DNA of 64,000 nt from Candidatus Zixiibacteriota bacterium (GCA_030615745.1 JAUWYR010000008.1:762-64761); one strand, 5' to 3'; counted from the first letter of the stretch, positions 32,312-42,526 are shown. Translations and numbers: made by a program. Notes: a model not told the origin generated them from the sequence alone.

Positions 32312-33919
32312 TTACATCCTGAAAATCCCATACTCGGTATCAGGTATGAGCTGGTTCAAAGACATTGAAATTCCTAAGGCTAAAGCGGTTCTGGTCTCTG
32401 TGGGGTTTATGATCCCGTCATCCCATAATCTGGCAGAACTATAAAAAGGATGTGATTCCTCCTCATATTTTTTTAAAATGGGTTCTCTGAACCTGTCCTG
32501 TTCTTCTTTGGTCCAGATTATCCCTTTCTTTTTTAATATCCTCAACTTAACATCCAACAAAACGTTTGAAGCCTGATCACCACCCATAACGCAAATTCTT
32601 GCATTGGGCCACATCCACAAAAGCCTGGGCCTGTAAGCTCTTCCGCACATTCCATAATTGCCTGCTCCATAGGAACCACCAACAATAATAGTGAATTTGG
32701 GAACATCTGCATTTGCCACCGCATGAACTAACTTGGCTCCGTCTTTGGCAATTCCCTGATGCTCGTATTGTTTTCCAACTATAAATCCGGTGATGTTCTG
32801 CAAAAATATCAAGGGAATCTTTCTTTTGGTGCACAGGGTGATAAAGTGAGCTCCTTTTAAAGAGCTTTCAGAGAATAAAACTCCGTTGTTAGCTATGATA
32901 CCCACAGGATATCCCATTATCCTGGCAAAACCGCAGACCAGAGTTGGACCATAGAGTTCCTTGAACTCATGGAATTTACTGCCGTCAACAACTCGAGCAA
33001 TCACCTCTCTCATATCATAGGACTTTCTGATATCTTTTGGGATAATTCCATAGATCTCTTTTGGATCATAAGAAGGATCCTCAGGCTCAGCTACATCCAA
33101 TTCAAATTTGTTAGGGGGATCTAAATTCTCAATTATATTTCTGGTGATCTCTAAGGCATGCTCATCGTTTAGAGCGTAATGGTCAGCCACACCTGAGATC
33201 CTGCAATGGACATCAGCACCTCCTAATTCCTCACCTGTAACCTCTTCACCTGTTGCCGCTTTAACCAGGGGTGGACCACCTATAAAAATTGTTCCCTGTT
33301 TTCTGACAATCACAGCCTCATCGCTCATCGCAGGAACATAAGCACCACCTGCGGTGCAGGAGCCTAAAACTACAGCTATCTGAGGAATTCCCATGGCTGA
33401 TAGCCTTGCCTGGTTATAAAATATCTTTCCAAAGTGGTCTTTGTCAGGAAAAGTTCCTGATTGATAGGGCAGAAAAATCCCACCTGAATCGACTAAATAG
33501 ACACAGGGTAGCCGATTTTCCATTGCGATCTCTTGAGCTCTTACGTGCTTTTTTATAGTCGATGGAAAATAGGTTCCACCTTTTACTGTGGCATCGTTGG
33601 CTACAATCAACACTTCCCTTCCGTGAACAACCCCGATTCCGGTTATTATGCCTGAGCAAGGAGGTTCCTCTTTATACATTTTATATCCGGCTAATTGGGA
33701 GAGCTCTAAAAAGGGAGTATTTTTGTCAAACAATAATTTTAACCTATCCCTGACTAAAGTTTTTCCGCGTTTTAAATGCCTTTCCCTATCTTTCGGTTCA
33801 CCACCCTCCCTCATCTTAGCCAAAACCTCCTTATACTCGTCCACCACCTTTTGCATATATTCCTGGTTGGCTTTGAATTCAGAGGACTTTGTATCGACTT
33901 TTGATTCGATGCGAAACAT
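32312..33919 (-). CDS. acyl-CoA carboxylase carboxyltransferase subunit (methylcrotonyl-CoA carboxylase beta-like, 535 aa)
   Basis: Carboxyltransferase N- and C-domains; length and hydratase neighbour fit the MCC beta class. Confidence 0.8.
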   Translation of the reverse strand: MFRIESKVDTKSSEFKANQEYMQKVVDEYKEVLAKMREGGEPKDRERHLKRGKTLVRDRLKLLFDKNTPFLELSQLAGYKMYKEEPPCSGIITGIGVVHGREVLIVANDATVKGGTYFPSTIKKHVRAQEIAMENRLPCVYLVDSGGIFLPYQSGTFPDKDHFGKIFYNQARLSAMGIPQIAVVLGSCTAGGAYVPAMSDEAVIVRKQGTIFIGGPPLVKAATGEEVTGEELGGADVHCRISGVADHYALNDEHALEITRNIIENLDPPNKFELDVAEPEDPSYDPKEIYGIIPKDIRKSYDMREVIARVVDGSKFHEFKELYGPTLVCGFARIMGYPVGIIANNGVLFSESSLKGAHFITLCTKRKIPLIFLQNITGFIVGKQYEHQGIAKDGAKLVHAVANADVPKFTIIVGGSYGAGNYGMCGRAYRPRLLWMWPNARICVMGGDQASNVLLDVKLRILKKKGIIWTKEEQDRFREPILKKYEEESHPFYSSARLWDDGIINPTETRTALALGISMSLNQLIPDTEYGIFRM

Positions 33920-34111
33920 TTTTTACCTTCTTAATGTCAGGTTAACCTGTGGTGTCAGGAGATAACTCCTGACACCACGTATATTAATCTTGTAGGGGAG
34001 GGGCTTGTCCCCTCCCGACCACCAGCGGGAGACCACGAGGGTCTCCCCTACATATTAGATTTATTTTGTTGGTATCGACTTTTGATTCTATTCGAAACAT
34101 TTTTTACCTTT

Positions 34112-34393
34112 TTAGTCTCTGGACTTTTGTAGAGGCAACTCTCGTGATTGCCCGTATTAGGACAGGGACAAGCCCTGTCCCTACTTTTCTTTTGAACGCC
34201 CGACAGGATCATCAGACGTTACCTTTTTTTGATCACCTCTCCCTAACCCTCTCCTTTTAAGGAGAGGGACTAAGGGTGAGGTTTACTATGCTGTCAGGTG
34301 TTAACACCTGACAGCACGTAAACACGCATGGTAGCCGTCCCGTTCTAACGGGACGAAAATTTACGCACCCTGAAGGGTGCGGCTACCCCTATG
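34112..34393. repeat. cluster of at least five GC-rich perfect palindromes in an AT-rich spacer
   Basis: GGACAGGGacaagcCCTGTCC; CCCTCTCCTTttaaGGAGAGGG; GCTGTCAGGTGttaaCACCTGACAGC; CGTCCCGTTctaACGGGACG; CGCACCCtgaaGGGTGCG. Confidence 0.8.
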
Positions 34394-34783
34394 TCATACC
34401 GGCACACATTTATAACCATAACAGATAATCCCAGCCTCTCCCTCTGAATATATCTTCCTGAACTCAATCCTCATCCTCTGCCCGATCTCAAGCTTATCCA
34501 AATCGCAGTCTACTATCTGAGAGAGTATTTTCACTCCGCGGTCAAGCTCAACTATTCCTATAGCATAAGGCGACTGATCGGTAAATTGACTTGGAGGAAC
34601 TCTGATTATGGTATAGGTTAAAAGCTCTCCTTCTCTTTGTAAATTAACCATCTCGAATTCACGGGACTTGCACGATGAGCAGATAAGTCTTGGCGGAAAA
34701 TATACCTGTCCACACCCTTTACATTTAGCCCCTTCCAATCTATATCTCTGAGGAATCTCTCTCCAGTATTTTGGCGCTGGCAT
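34394..34783 (-). CDS. DUF35 OB-fold/zinc-ribbon protein (thiolase/HMGCS scaffold)
   Basis: 'CKGCGQVYFPPRLICSSCKS' zinc ribbon; 129 aa; start overlaps the thiolase stop. Confidence 0.75.
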   Translation of the reverse strand: MPAPKYWREIPQRYRLEGAKCKGCGQVYFPPRLICSSCKSREFEMVNLQREGELLTYTIIRVPPSQFTDQSPYAIGIVELDRGVKILSQIVDCDLDKLEIGQRMRIEFRKIYSEGEAGIICYGYKCVPV

Positions 34784-35940
34784 TATACCACCTCCATTAT
34801 ATGAACAACACTACTACCACCGCTTCCACCCATATTCTGAGTTAAACCAACTTTTGCATTCTTAACCTGACGGTCATTTGCTTCGCCCCGAAGCTGTTTT
34901 ACTATCTCGCACACCTGGGCAATCCCTGTTGCTCCGACTGGATGACCTTTTGATTTTAACCCGCCTGAAGTATTAACTGGAATTTTTCCATCCAAAGCAG
35001 TCAAACCACCCTCTGTTGCCTTGCCACCTTTACCTTTTTCAACAAAGCCCAATGCCTCGATCACACATATCTCCGCTATGGTGAAGCAATCGTGAACCTC
35101 AGCCAAATCGATATCCTCGGGTTTTTTATCCGCCATCTTGTAAGCTTTCTCAGCTGCTACCTTGGTTGAGCGAATTTCAGTTATATCCTCTCTTGAATGA
35201 AGTGCGATGGTATCAGTGGCATTTCCAGAGCCTGTTATTTTGACCAAAGGCTTTTTACAAATCTTTTTGGCTATATCCATTGGACAAAGGATAACTGCTG
35301 CTGCACCATCGGTTATAGGTGAGCAGTCTAAAATCCTCAAGGGGTCTGCGATCATAACCGAGTTTATCACGTTCTCAACAGTTACCTTCTGGGGAAACTG
35401 AGCTAAGGGGTTCATCGACCCATTATGATGATTTTTCACTGCGACCTGGGCTAACTGCTCTCTGGTCGTCCCGTACTTATGCATATGTGCCTGGGCCATC
35501 ATGGCATAAAGGCCTGGAAAAGTGATTCCAGAATAGACCTCATATTCCTGGTCAGCAGCAGTGGATAGAGCAAATGTTGCTCCCTCTACGGGAACGTCAG
35601 TCATCTTCTCCACTCCGCCAACTAAAACGATATCGCTTGCCCCAGAAGCAACATCCAAAAATCCTATTCTCAATGCCAATCCACCAGAGGCGCAGGCTGA
35701 CTCAATCCGAGCTGATGGAATAGGACAAACCCCTAAATAATCAGCTAAAAGAGATGATAAGTGCTCCTGTCCAACAAAAAGACCTGAGGACATACATCCA
35801 ACATACATAGAATCTATATGGTCAACTCCTGCATCATCTATAGCTAAAAGAGCAGACTCAGTGAAAATATCCCTTAACGATTTATACCACAACTCTCCCC
35901 ATTTATTCATCCCCACTCCGATTATAGCCACTTCTCTCAC
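34783..35940 (-). CDS. thiolase (acetyl-CoA C-acetyltransferase), archaeal-type
   Basis: '[10 protein letters not shown]' Cys region; '[15 protein letters not shown]'. Confidence 0.8.
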   Translation of the reverse strand: MREVAIIGVGMNKWGELWYKSLRDIFTESALLAIDDAGVDHIDSMYVGCMSSGLFVGQEHLSSLLADYLGVCPIPSARIESACASGGLALRIGFLDVASGASDIVLVGGVEKMTDVPVEGATFALSTAADQEYEVYSGITFPGLYAMMAQAHMHKYGTTREQLAQVAVKNHHNGSMNPLAQFPQKVTVENVINSVMIADPLRILDCSPITDGAAAVILCPMDIAKKICKKPLVKITGSGNATDTIALHSREDITEIRSTKVAAEKAYKMADKKPEDIDLAEVHDCFTIAEICVIEALGFVEKGKGGKATEGGLTALDGKIPVNTSGGLKSKGHPVGATGIAQVCEIVKQLRGEANDRQVKNAKVGLTQNMGGSGGSSVVHIMEVV

Positions 35941-35954
35941 TTTTATCCTCCTTC

Positions 35955-37001
35955 TTACTCAGCTTTTCTTATCTTTCCCCTGTATTTGGCATAGGTTCCA
36001 TAATCGATATAAGTTTTATTGTTATTCAAAATATCTTTGGTCTTGGGCGCTTTATTTTGAACTTCTGAGATCTTTGGGGTAACTTTCCAGATAAAGGCAT
36101 CGGAACCTGCTCCTGACCCATAAGATACCATCAAAATCAAATCATCAGGTTTTGCCTCATCCAAAATAGCGGTAAGTCCCATGGGTGATGAACCGGAATA
36201 GGTGTTTCCCATCCAGGGGCATAACAAACCCGTATCCAACTGCTCCCTTTTGAAACCCAAAATTTTGCCAACTTTTAGAGGAAATTTGCCATTGGGCTGG
36301 TGAAAAACAGCATATTTGAAATCCTTGGGCTCAAGCTTGACTTTCTTTAAAATCCCTTTTGCAGCTCCTATTATATGTTTAAAATATGCTGGCTCACCAG
36401 TGAACCTCGAGGCATGCCTCGGATAATATTGATATTCCCTTCTCCAGAAATCAGGGGTATCTGTCATATATGAGTAGGTTTCGATTGCCTCAGCCAGCAA
36501 ATTATCCTTTCCCATGATAAAAGAAGCAGCCCCAGCCGCAGCAGTATATTCTAAAGCATCACCGGGCGCTCCCTGGGAGGTGTCAGCACCAACAGCGAGC
36601 CCGTATTCCATCGAGCCAGACCTCACCAATTCTAAACAAACGAACATCGCCTCAGAGCCAGCCTTACAGGCAAACTCAAAATCAGCACAGTGAACATCAG
36701 GGGTTGCTCCTATGGCTTCTGCTAAAACAGTCCCCGATGGCTTGACTGCATAAGGATGAGATTCAGAGCCAACATAGACCGCACCGATCTTTTTGGGGTC
36801 GATTTGTGCCCTTTTTAAAGCGTAAAGAGTTGCTTCAACTGACATAGTTATGGTATCCTGATCAGGCGAAGGAACAGATTTCTCCTCCACAAAAAGACCT
36901 TTTTTGTAAGAATTCGCATCCGTGCCCCAAACTTTTGCAATCTCCTCCACTTTAATCCTATTTTTTGGAATGTATGCCCCGTAACCAACTATACCAACCA
37001 T
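35955..37001 (-). CDS. hydroxymethylglutaryl-CoA synthase, short archaeal/bacterial type
   Basis: 348 aa; '[10 protein letters not shown]...[12 protein letters not shown]' HMGCS pattern. Confidence 0.8.
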   Translation of the reverse strand: MVGIVGYGAYIPKNRIKVEEIAKVWGTDANSYKKGLFVEEKSVPSPDQDTITMSVEATLYALKRAQIDPKKIGAVYVGSESHPYAVKPSGTVLAEAIGATPDVHCADFEFACKAGSEAMFVCLELVRSGSMEYGLAVGADTSQGAPGDALEYTAAAGAASFIMGKDNLLAEAIETYSYMTDTPDFWRREYQYYPRHASRFTGEPAYFKHIIGAAKGILKKVKLEPKDFKYAVFHQPNGKFPLKVGKILGFKREQLDTGLLCPWMGNTYSGSSPMGLTAILDEAKPDDLILMVSYGSGAGSDAFIWKVTPKISEVQNKAPKTKDILNNNKTYIDYGTYAKYRGKIRKAE

Positions 37002-37040
37002 TTTATCACTCCCTTTCTCTTTGTGCTAAAATTCACAAAG

Positions 37041-37070
37041 TTATATAAAAAAAATTCCTTCAAAAGTCAA
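37041..37070 (-). promoter_or_regulatory. putative sigma-70 promoter for the HMGCS-thiolase-DUF35 operon
   Basis: On minus strand: TTGACT, 18-nt spacer, ATATAA, about 40 nt upstream of the HMGCS start. Confidence 0.35.
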
Positions 37071-37127
37071 GCTTAAATCTGAAACGCAACTTAAAAGTTG
37101 CGGCTACCTTTTCATCTTGCATCTGCT

Positions 37128-38216
37128 TTATTCCACCCTCTCCGGATAGGTCCTGGCTTCCTCTTCTCCTCTTAAAACTCTTAAGGCACCTAAAGCCAAT
37201 GATTTCATCTCATCCTCACCCGGATAGACCAGAACTTTCCCCAAAAATCCAACCCACTCTTTAAGCTTTTCTACAACCATTTCAGATTCAGTCATCCCAC
37301 CGGTCAGGACTATAGCATCTATATCACCTTTTAAAGCAATTGCCCGAGAGCTTATCTCTTGAGCTATCTGATAGAGCATAGCCTCATATACAACTTTAGC
37401 TTTCCTGTCACCTTCAGAGACTCTTTTTTCCACTTCCTTACAATTATTTGTGCCCAGATAGGCAACCAATCCTCCTCCTCCCACCATTCTCCTCTTTATC
37501 TGTTCCAAGCTATCTTTACCGGAGAAACACCACTCAGCAAAATCGAACATAGGAAGTGTCCCTGCTCTCTCAGGAGTGTAAGGTCCAGTATCTAAAGCAT
37601 TATTTGTATCAATCACTCTTCCTTTTCTTATGGCTGAAACAGTTATCCCACCTCCTAAATGGGCAACTATGAGATTAACCTCATGATATTTTTTACCTAA
37701 ATCTGAGACAGCTAATCTTGCCGTGGCTTTGACATTTAAAGCGTGAAAAATGCTTTTTTTAGGGATTTCTGGAAGACCGGTATATCTTGCAAGTTCATCC
37801 AATTCATCCACTGAAGGTGGGTCAACTATAAATGAAGGGATATGATAATCCCATCCTATTCCAAAAGCTAAAACAGCTCCTAAATTAGCAGGATGTTCAC
37901 CTCCATACGCTTTTCTTCCATCCTCGATCATAAGCTCATTTACCCTGTAAGTTCCGGAAACCACCGAACGAAAAAGACCACCTCTTCCCACTACCGCTGA
38001 AAAAGACTTTGGATTTATATTATGTGCCTCTAATAGCTCTTTGATTAACTTTTTTCTGAACTCGTACTGATCCCAAACCCTTTTAAATGGCTCCAGTTCC
38101 AATTTGCTGTGATGAATGATGTTTTTAAAAAGCTCTTTTTCATTTTCAAATACAGAAATTTTTGTTGAAGTGGAACCCGGATTTATCACCAGAATCTTAA
38201 ATTTTTGATTTGTCAT
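37128..38216 (-). CDS. buk: butyrate kinase, second paralogue
   Basis: 'ILVINPGSTSTKISVF', 362 aa. Confidence 0.85.
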   Translation of the reverse strand: MTNQKFKILVINPGSTSTKISVFENEKELFKNIIHHSKLELEPFKRVWDQYEFRKKLIKELLEAHNINPKSFSAVVGRGGLFRSVVSGTYRVNELMIEDGRKAYGGEHPANLGAVLAFGIGWDYHIPSFIVDPPSVDELDELARYTGLPEIPKKSIFHALNVKATARLAVSDLGKKYHEVNLIVAHLGGGITVSAIRKGRVIDTNNALDTGPYTPERAGTLPMFDFAEWCFSGKDSLEQIKRRMVGGGGLVAYLGTNNCKEVEKRVSEGDRKAKVVYEAMLYQIAQEISSRAIALKGDIDAIVLTGGMTESEMVVEKLKEWVGFLGKVLVYPGEDEMKSLALGALRVLRGEEEARTYPERVE

Positions 38217-38325
38217 AAACCTCCAATATTTTATATATTCAGTAGGTCAAAATTCCTATTTTGACCACCCCAAATAGGGATTTGGGGCTTGAAAGCCTCG
38301 TCTATCCCAAAACGCCATTATGAAT

Positions 38326-39429
38326 CTACTCTTTTTGACCCCCCCTTTGCGAAAAAATAACAGGAGATTTAAGAATATCTTTTATCGCACCAACTTTTCT
38401 TATCCTCTCCTGTGCTATAAGGTGAGCTGCCTCATATGTGGATATATTCTCCTTTTTGGATTTAGCAATCACCTTTGCCATAATATCATAGATTTTTTTA
38501 GCAGAAGCTAAGGCTTGTTCTTTAGAAAGTATCTTAAAAGCATCCTCGGTCAAAAACATCTCTCCGCAATTGACCACAAAGTCAGGAGCACATAGAATCT
38601 CCCTTTTTCTAAGCTCTTCTGATAAGGAGATATCCTCTAAGATATTATAAGCAGGTCCTACGATTATCTTGCACCTCAGAGCGGAGATATTCTTTTTTGT
38701 GATAACAGGACCCAAAGCGCAGGGGGATAGAATATCACATTCTGCGGATAGAATTTCTTCAGGTTTTACAATCTTTGTCTGAGAATATCTGTCCTGAACA
38801 TTTTTTAGCCTATCATAGTTTAAGTCAGTTATTACAAGCTTTACACCCTCTTGCATAAGATAATCAGTTAATTTGGTTCCCACGCTTCCAACTCCCTGGA
38901 TAGCGATAACCAGCCCATCCAATTCAGATCGACCATAGACCTCCTTGGCGCAGGCTTTCATTCCCCAGTAAACACCACAAGCGGTAATCTCTGCGCTTTC
39001 AGCCCCTCCAGTAGGAGCGCCGAAAAGCATAACATAATCTGTTTCCCTTTTTATATATCTCATATCCTTTGTATCAGTCCCTAAATCAGGATAGGTTACA
39101 ATCCTGCCTTTCAATCCCTCAATAAACCTTCCTAAAGCTCTGAAGTAAGCTTCATCCGGAGGCTTATCGAAATCGTGCCACAAAACTATCTTTCCCCCTC
39201 CGGTATCCGAATCAGCAATTGAGGACTGACAGGTCATTATCTCAGAAAGTATTAAAGCATCATCCAGAGCATCCTTCTCTGCTTTGTATCTCCACAATCT
39301 ACACCCACCTATGGCATTTCCTAAGGTGGTATTGTGAATGGCAATAATAGCTTTTAGATTTGTTGGCTTGTTGTAACAGAAAATGAGTTGCTCATGAGCG
39401 TGTTGTTCCATCTTTTCAAATATTCCCAT
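38326..39429 (-). CDS. leucine-dehydrogenase-family amino-acid dehydrogenase, second paralogue (start moved to MGIFEKM)
   Basis: Aligns to 21295..22359 from 'MGIFEKM'; RBS aggag 8 nt upstream; the upstream 57 nt is a tandem repeat, not coding. Confidence 0.75.
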   Translation of the reverse strand: MGIFEKMEQHAHEQLIFCYNKPTNLKAIIAIHNTTLGNAIGGCRLWRYKAEKDALDDALILSEIMTCQSSIADSDTGGGKIVLWHDFDKPPDEAYFRALGRFIEGLKGRIVTYPDLGTDTKDMRYIKRETDYVMLFGAPTGGAESAEITACGVYWGMKACAKEVYGRSELDGLVIAIQGVGSVGTKLTDYLMQEGVKLVITDLNYDRLKNVQDRYSQTKIVKPEEILSAECDILSPCALGPVITKKNISALRCKIIVGPAYNILEDISLSEELRKREILCAPDFVVNCGEMFLTEDAFKILSKEQALASAKKIYDIMAKVIAKSKKENISTYEAAHLIAQERIRKVGAIKDILKSPVIFSQRGGQKE

Positions 39430-39443
39430 AACAGTTACTCCTG

Positions 39444-39497
39444 TCTCTTGATACATACGTATCTCTTGATGCGTACGTATCTCTTGATGCATACGCA
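39444..39497 (-). promoter_or_regulatory. 3x tandem 18-nt repeat immediately 5' of the ldh2 RBS
   Basis: minus-strand reading: CGTATGCATCAAGAGATA / CGTACGCATCAAGAGATA / CGTATGTATCAAGAGACA then GGAG. Confidence 0.5.
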
Positions 39498-39499
39498 AA

Positions 39500-39952
39500 T
39501 TATTTTGCTATTTCAAATTTATCTCCGAGCCTGATTCTGAGTTGACTTAAAAGCCCTTGGTAATCATTATAACAATCCAAATCCTTTATCTTATATTCCT
39601 TATGTTCATTAGTGTAAATCTCCAGATAGGAGCTTTTGAACAATCGCGAAATCCCATTTATCTGCTTAGCTTTAACTTCTGACATATCTTTCCATTTGAT
39701 CTCAAAAGTTTTTTCACCCATCCCTTTAATTTTTATACTATTTTCATCGAGGTGAAGTCGGATAAAAAACAATTTTAAGATGAAGATAAAAAAGGAGACA
39801 AGAATTGCTATTGAGATATTTAAATAAGAGCTTTTGGATGCTCCTAAAACTGAGACTAAAAGATATGTAAACATAATTAAAAAAATAAGCTCAGGTAAAA
39901 AGCTTACCAAATAGCCTGCGAAATTCAATCTGTAAATTTTCTTCTGGATCAT
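39500..39952 (-). CDS. hypothetical membrane protein (two N-terminal TM helices)
   Basis: ORF only. Confidence 0.35.
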   Translation of the reverse strand: MIQKKIYRLNFAGYLVSFLPELIFLIMFTYLLVSVLGASKSSYLNISIAILVSFFIFILKLFFIRLHLDENSIKIKGMGEKTFEIKWKDMSEVKAKQINGISRLFKSSYLEIYTNEHKEYKIKDLDCYNDYQGLLSQLRIRLGDKFEIAK

Positions 39953-39959
39953 AAAGCTT

Positions 39960-40361
39960 TTATTTCTCTTTTAGTTCAATCAGAACCCCAAAAGCACTCT
40001 CAGGATGTAGAAAAGCAATTCTTTTCCCGGTTGCGCCAACTCTTGGAACTTGATCCACTAACCTAACTTCGTTTTCTTTCAGCTTTTTCAAAGCGTCCTC
40101 AATATCATCAACTTGAAAGCAGATATGATGTAAACCTTCACCCTTTTTCTTAATGAATTTTGCAACTGGCGAATCCCCCCCCAAAGGCTCGATCAATTCA
40201 AGTTTAACACCCCCTATTTCGATAAAAGCCACCCTCACCTTCTGAGACAAAACCTCAATCGGCTCAGAGATTTTCAGGTTAAAATTTTCAGAATAAAATT
40301 TAAAAGCATCCTCGATTTTTTTAACCGCAATCCCAATATGATCAATCTTTTCTATCTTCAT
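39960..40361 (-). CDS. methylmalonyl-CoA epimerase (VOC/glyoxalase fold)
   Basis: 133 aa; 'IDHIGIAV...GLHHICFQV' metal ligands. Confidence 0.75.
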   Translation of the reverse strand: MKIEKIDHIGIAVKKIEDAFKFYSENFNLKISEPIEVLSQKVRVAFIEIGGVKLELIEPLGGDSPVAKFIKKKGEGLHHICFQVDDIEDALKKLKENEVRLVDQVPRVGATGKRIAFLHPESAFGVLIELKEK

Positions 40362-40371
40362 ATCTTATTCC

Positions 40372-40734
40372 TTGCCCCTTGCATCTTGCACCTTGACCCT
40401 CTTTTTCATACTGCATCCTCTTTCTCAAATCTCAACTCACGATCTCGTTTCCCGTTTCCCGTTACTCGTTTCCCGTTTCTCGTTACTCGTTTCCCGTAAA
40501 CTCTTTAATATTATCTGTCTACTGCCTACTGAACTTGTTTTCTCTTTCTCAAATCTCAATTCTCCATCTCGTTTCTCGTCTCCCGTTACTCGTTTCACGT
40601 TCACTCTCTACTGTCTACTGAATACTTTTTCTCAAATCTCAACTTTCTTTCAGAATTCCGTTTCCCGTTTTCTGTATACCGTTTTCTGTTTTCTATCTAC
40701 TACTGTCTGCCTACTGCCTACTGTATACTGCCTA
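40372..40734. repeat. composite tandem repeat, about 3 units of roughly 100-110 bp
   Basis: Each unit is [TCTCAA(A/C)T]n + [CTCGTTTCCCGTTA]n + [CTACTGCCTACTG]n; read directly. Confidence 0.85.
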
Positions 40735-42357
40735 CTAAACCACCACATTCTCTCTGTACTCCCCCCAAACACTTTTGAGCACATCACATATCTCGCCAAT
40801 TGTGGCATAAGCCTCAACACAATCCAAAATCGGATAGATTAAATTTTCATCTGATTTTGCCTTCTCCTCAAGTTTCTTTAATAAAGAATCGACTTTCTTA
40901 TTATCTCTTTGTTTTCTTACCTCGTTCAATCTTTTTATCTGGTCAGAAGCGACCTTTTGGTCAACTCTGAAAATCTCTTTTATTTTTTCCTTTTCAGTTT
41001 CAAATCTATTTAAACCAACAATTATTTTCTCTTTTTTTTCGATTTTTTTCTGATAATCATAAGCTGATTTTTGAATCTCCTTTTGATAGTATCCGGATTC
41101 AACAGCCCACAAAGCTCCTCCATTTTCCTGAATATAGTCTATATATTTTTCTGCCTCTTCTTCGATTTTTTTTGTCAAATGCTCAACATAATAGGAACCA
41201 CCAACAGGGTCCACCGTGTTTATTACCCCTGATTCAAAAGCTATTATTTGCTGGGTTCTCAGAGCTATCTGAGCTGAAAGCTCAGAGGGCAAGGATAAAG
41301 CCTCATCTCTTGAGTTAGTATGAAGGGATTGAGTTCCACCTAAAACCGAGGCTAATGCTTGAAGCGTCACTCTGACCACGTTATTCTCAGGCTGTCTGGC
41401 GGTCAATGTACATCCGGCTGTCTGGGTGTGAAACCTGAGCTTACAGGAATTAACATCTTTTGCTTTGAATTTCTCTTTCATTATCTTAGCCCAAAGCCTT
41501 CTTGCTGCTCTGAATTTGGCGATCTCCTCGAAAAAATCGTTATGCGAATTGAAAAAGAATGAAAGCCTTTTGGCAAAATCATCCACCTTCATCCCGGCTA
41601 ATATGGCTTTTTCAACGTAAGCGATTCCATTGGCTAAGGTGAAGGCTATCTCCTGAACAGCTGTTGCACCTGCCTCCCTTATATGGTAACCTGAGATCGA
41701 TATGGTATTGAATTTTGGAAGGTGATCCTTTGCGAATTTGAATACATCAGTTATAAGCCTCATCGAAGGTCTGGGCGGGAAAATATATGTTCCCCGGGCA
41801 ATATATTCCTTTAAAATATCGTTCTGGATAGTTCCTGAGAGCAAATCATAGGGGATCTTATTCTTTTTAGCCAAAACCAAATACATGGCTAAAAGGATAA
41901 TCGCAGTTGAATTAATTGTCATCGAGGTCGAGACCTTATCCAGAGGAATTCCATCGAAAAGTATCTCCATGTCCTTTAAAGAATCAATAGCAACTCCGGT
42001 CTTTCCAACCTCACCTACAGACATCGGATGATCAGAATCATATCCTATCTGGGTTGGCAGGTCAAATGCAACAGATAAGCCGGTCTGTCCTTGAGATAAA
42101 AGGTATTTATATCTTTTATTTGACTCTTCCGCAGTTCCAAACCCGGCATATTGCCTCATCGTCCACAGTCTGCCCCGGTACATGTTATCATAGATCCCCC
42201 GGGTAAAAGGATAACTTCCCGGAAAACCTAACTCCTCTTGGTAATTCAGGTCTTCAATATCCTCAGGAGTGTAGAGTTCCTTTATTGAGATTCCAGAAGA
42301 GGTCTCAAATCTTTTTTCGCTTTTGTCTTTATTCATATCAATTACCTTGTTCGTCAC
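40735..42357 (-). CDS. methylmalonyl-CoA mutase catalytic subunit (N-terminal domain only), Tyr/Arg pocket
   Basis: 540 aa; 'MRQYAGFGT' and '[15 protein letters not shown]'; alternative ATG start at 42336 would clear the upstream hairpin. Confidence 0.8.
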   Translation of the reverse strand: MTNKVIDMNKDKSEKRFETSSGISIKELYTPEDIEDLNYQEELGFPGSYPFTRGIYDNMYRGRLWTMRQYAGFGTAEESNKRYKYLLSQGQTGLSVAFDLPTQIGYDSDHPMSVGEVGKTGVAIDSLKDMEILFDGIPLDKVSTSMTINSTAIILLAMYLVLAKKNKIPYDLLSGTIQNDILKEYIARGTYIFPPRPSMRLITDVFKFAKDHLPKFNTISISGYHIREAGATAVQEIAFTLANGIAYVEKAILAGMKVDDFAKRLSFFFNSHNDFFEEIAKFRAARRLWAKIMKEKFKAKDVNSCKLRFHTQTAGCTLTARQPENNVVRVTLQALASVLGGTQSLHTNSRDEALSLPSELSAQIALRTQQIIAFESGVINTVDPVGGSYYVEHLTKKIEEEAEKYIDYIQENGGALWAVESGYYQKEIQKSAYDYQKKIEKKEKIIVGLNRFETEKEKIKEIFRVDQKVASDQIKRLNEVRKQRDNKKVDSLLKKLEEKAKSDENLIYPILDCVEAYATIGEICDVLKSVWGEYRENVVV

Positions 42358-42503
42358 GGAGACCTTCTCCGTGACGAGATTTCAAACCGCAAGTAATTTG
42401 TAGGTCAACCATCCCGAAGGCCATTTGGCTCAAATGAGGTGGTTGACATCTCTTTTTGTCAAGCAGTCCTGCGAACATGCTTGACCTACGAGACTATGTT
42501 ATA
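42352..42503 (-). repeat. copy A of a roughly 150-nt multi-hairpin leader element
   Basis: Shares 'AGATTTCAARCCGCAAGT' and the 58-nt core 'GGTGGTTGACAWCTCTTTTTGTCAAGCAGTCCTRCGRACATGCTTGACCTACGAGACT' with 43100..43258. Confidence 0.75.
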
Positions 42504-42526
42504 CCTTGGCAGGCACTCGTTGTTTT

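Noticed and set aside
33648-34260. Plus-strand ORFs 33648..33965 and 34066..34260 sharing 'MLVSTFDS(I/M)RNIFYL'
   Set aside because: The shared peptide is the antisense translation of the duplicated carboxyltransferase start segment. Artefact of the duplication.
38326-39498. Longer 390-aa form of the second leucine dehydrogenase
   Set aside because: The extension is encoded by the 3x18-nt tandem repeat and begins at a TTG. Homology with the paralogue starts at the internal 'MGIFEKM', which has a proper RBS.
40372-40842. 156-aa plus-strand ORF (and the 83-aa analogue at 50073..50324)
   Set aside because: Translation of the composite tandem repeat. Low-complexity Ser/Leu/Phe-rich product, no RBS, antisense to the operon.
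42352-42400. Adenosylcobalamin riboswitch upstream of the B12-dependent mutase
   Set aside because: No B12-box-like core, and the element is too short. The same element also precedes a non-B12 gene.
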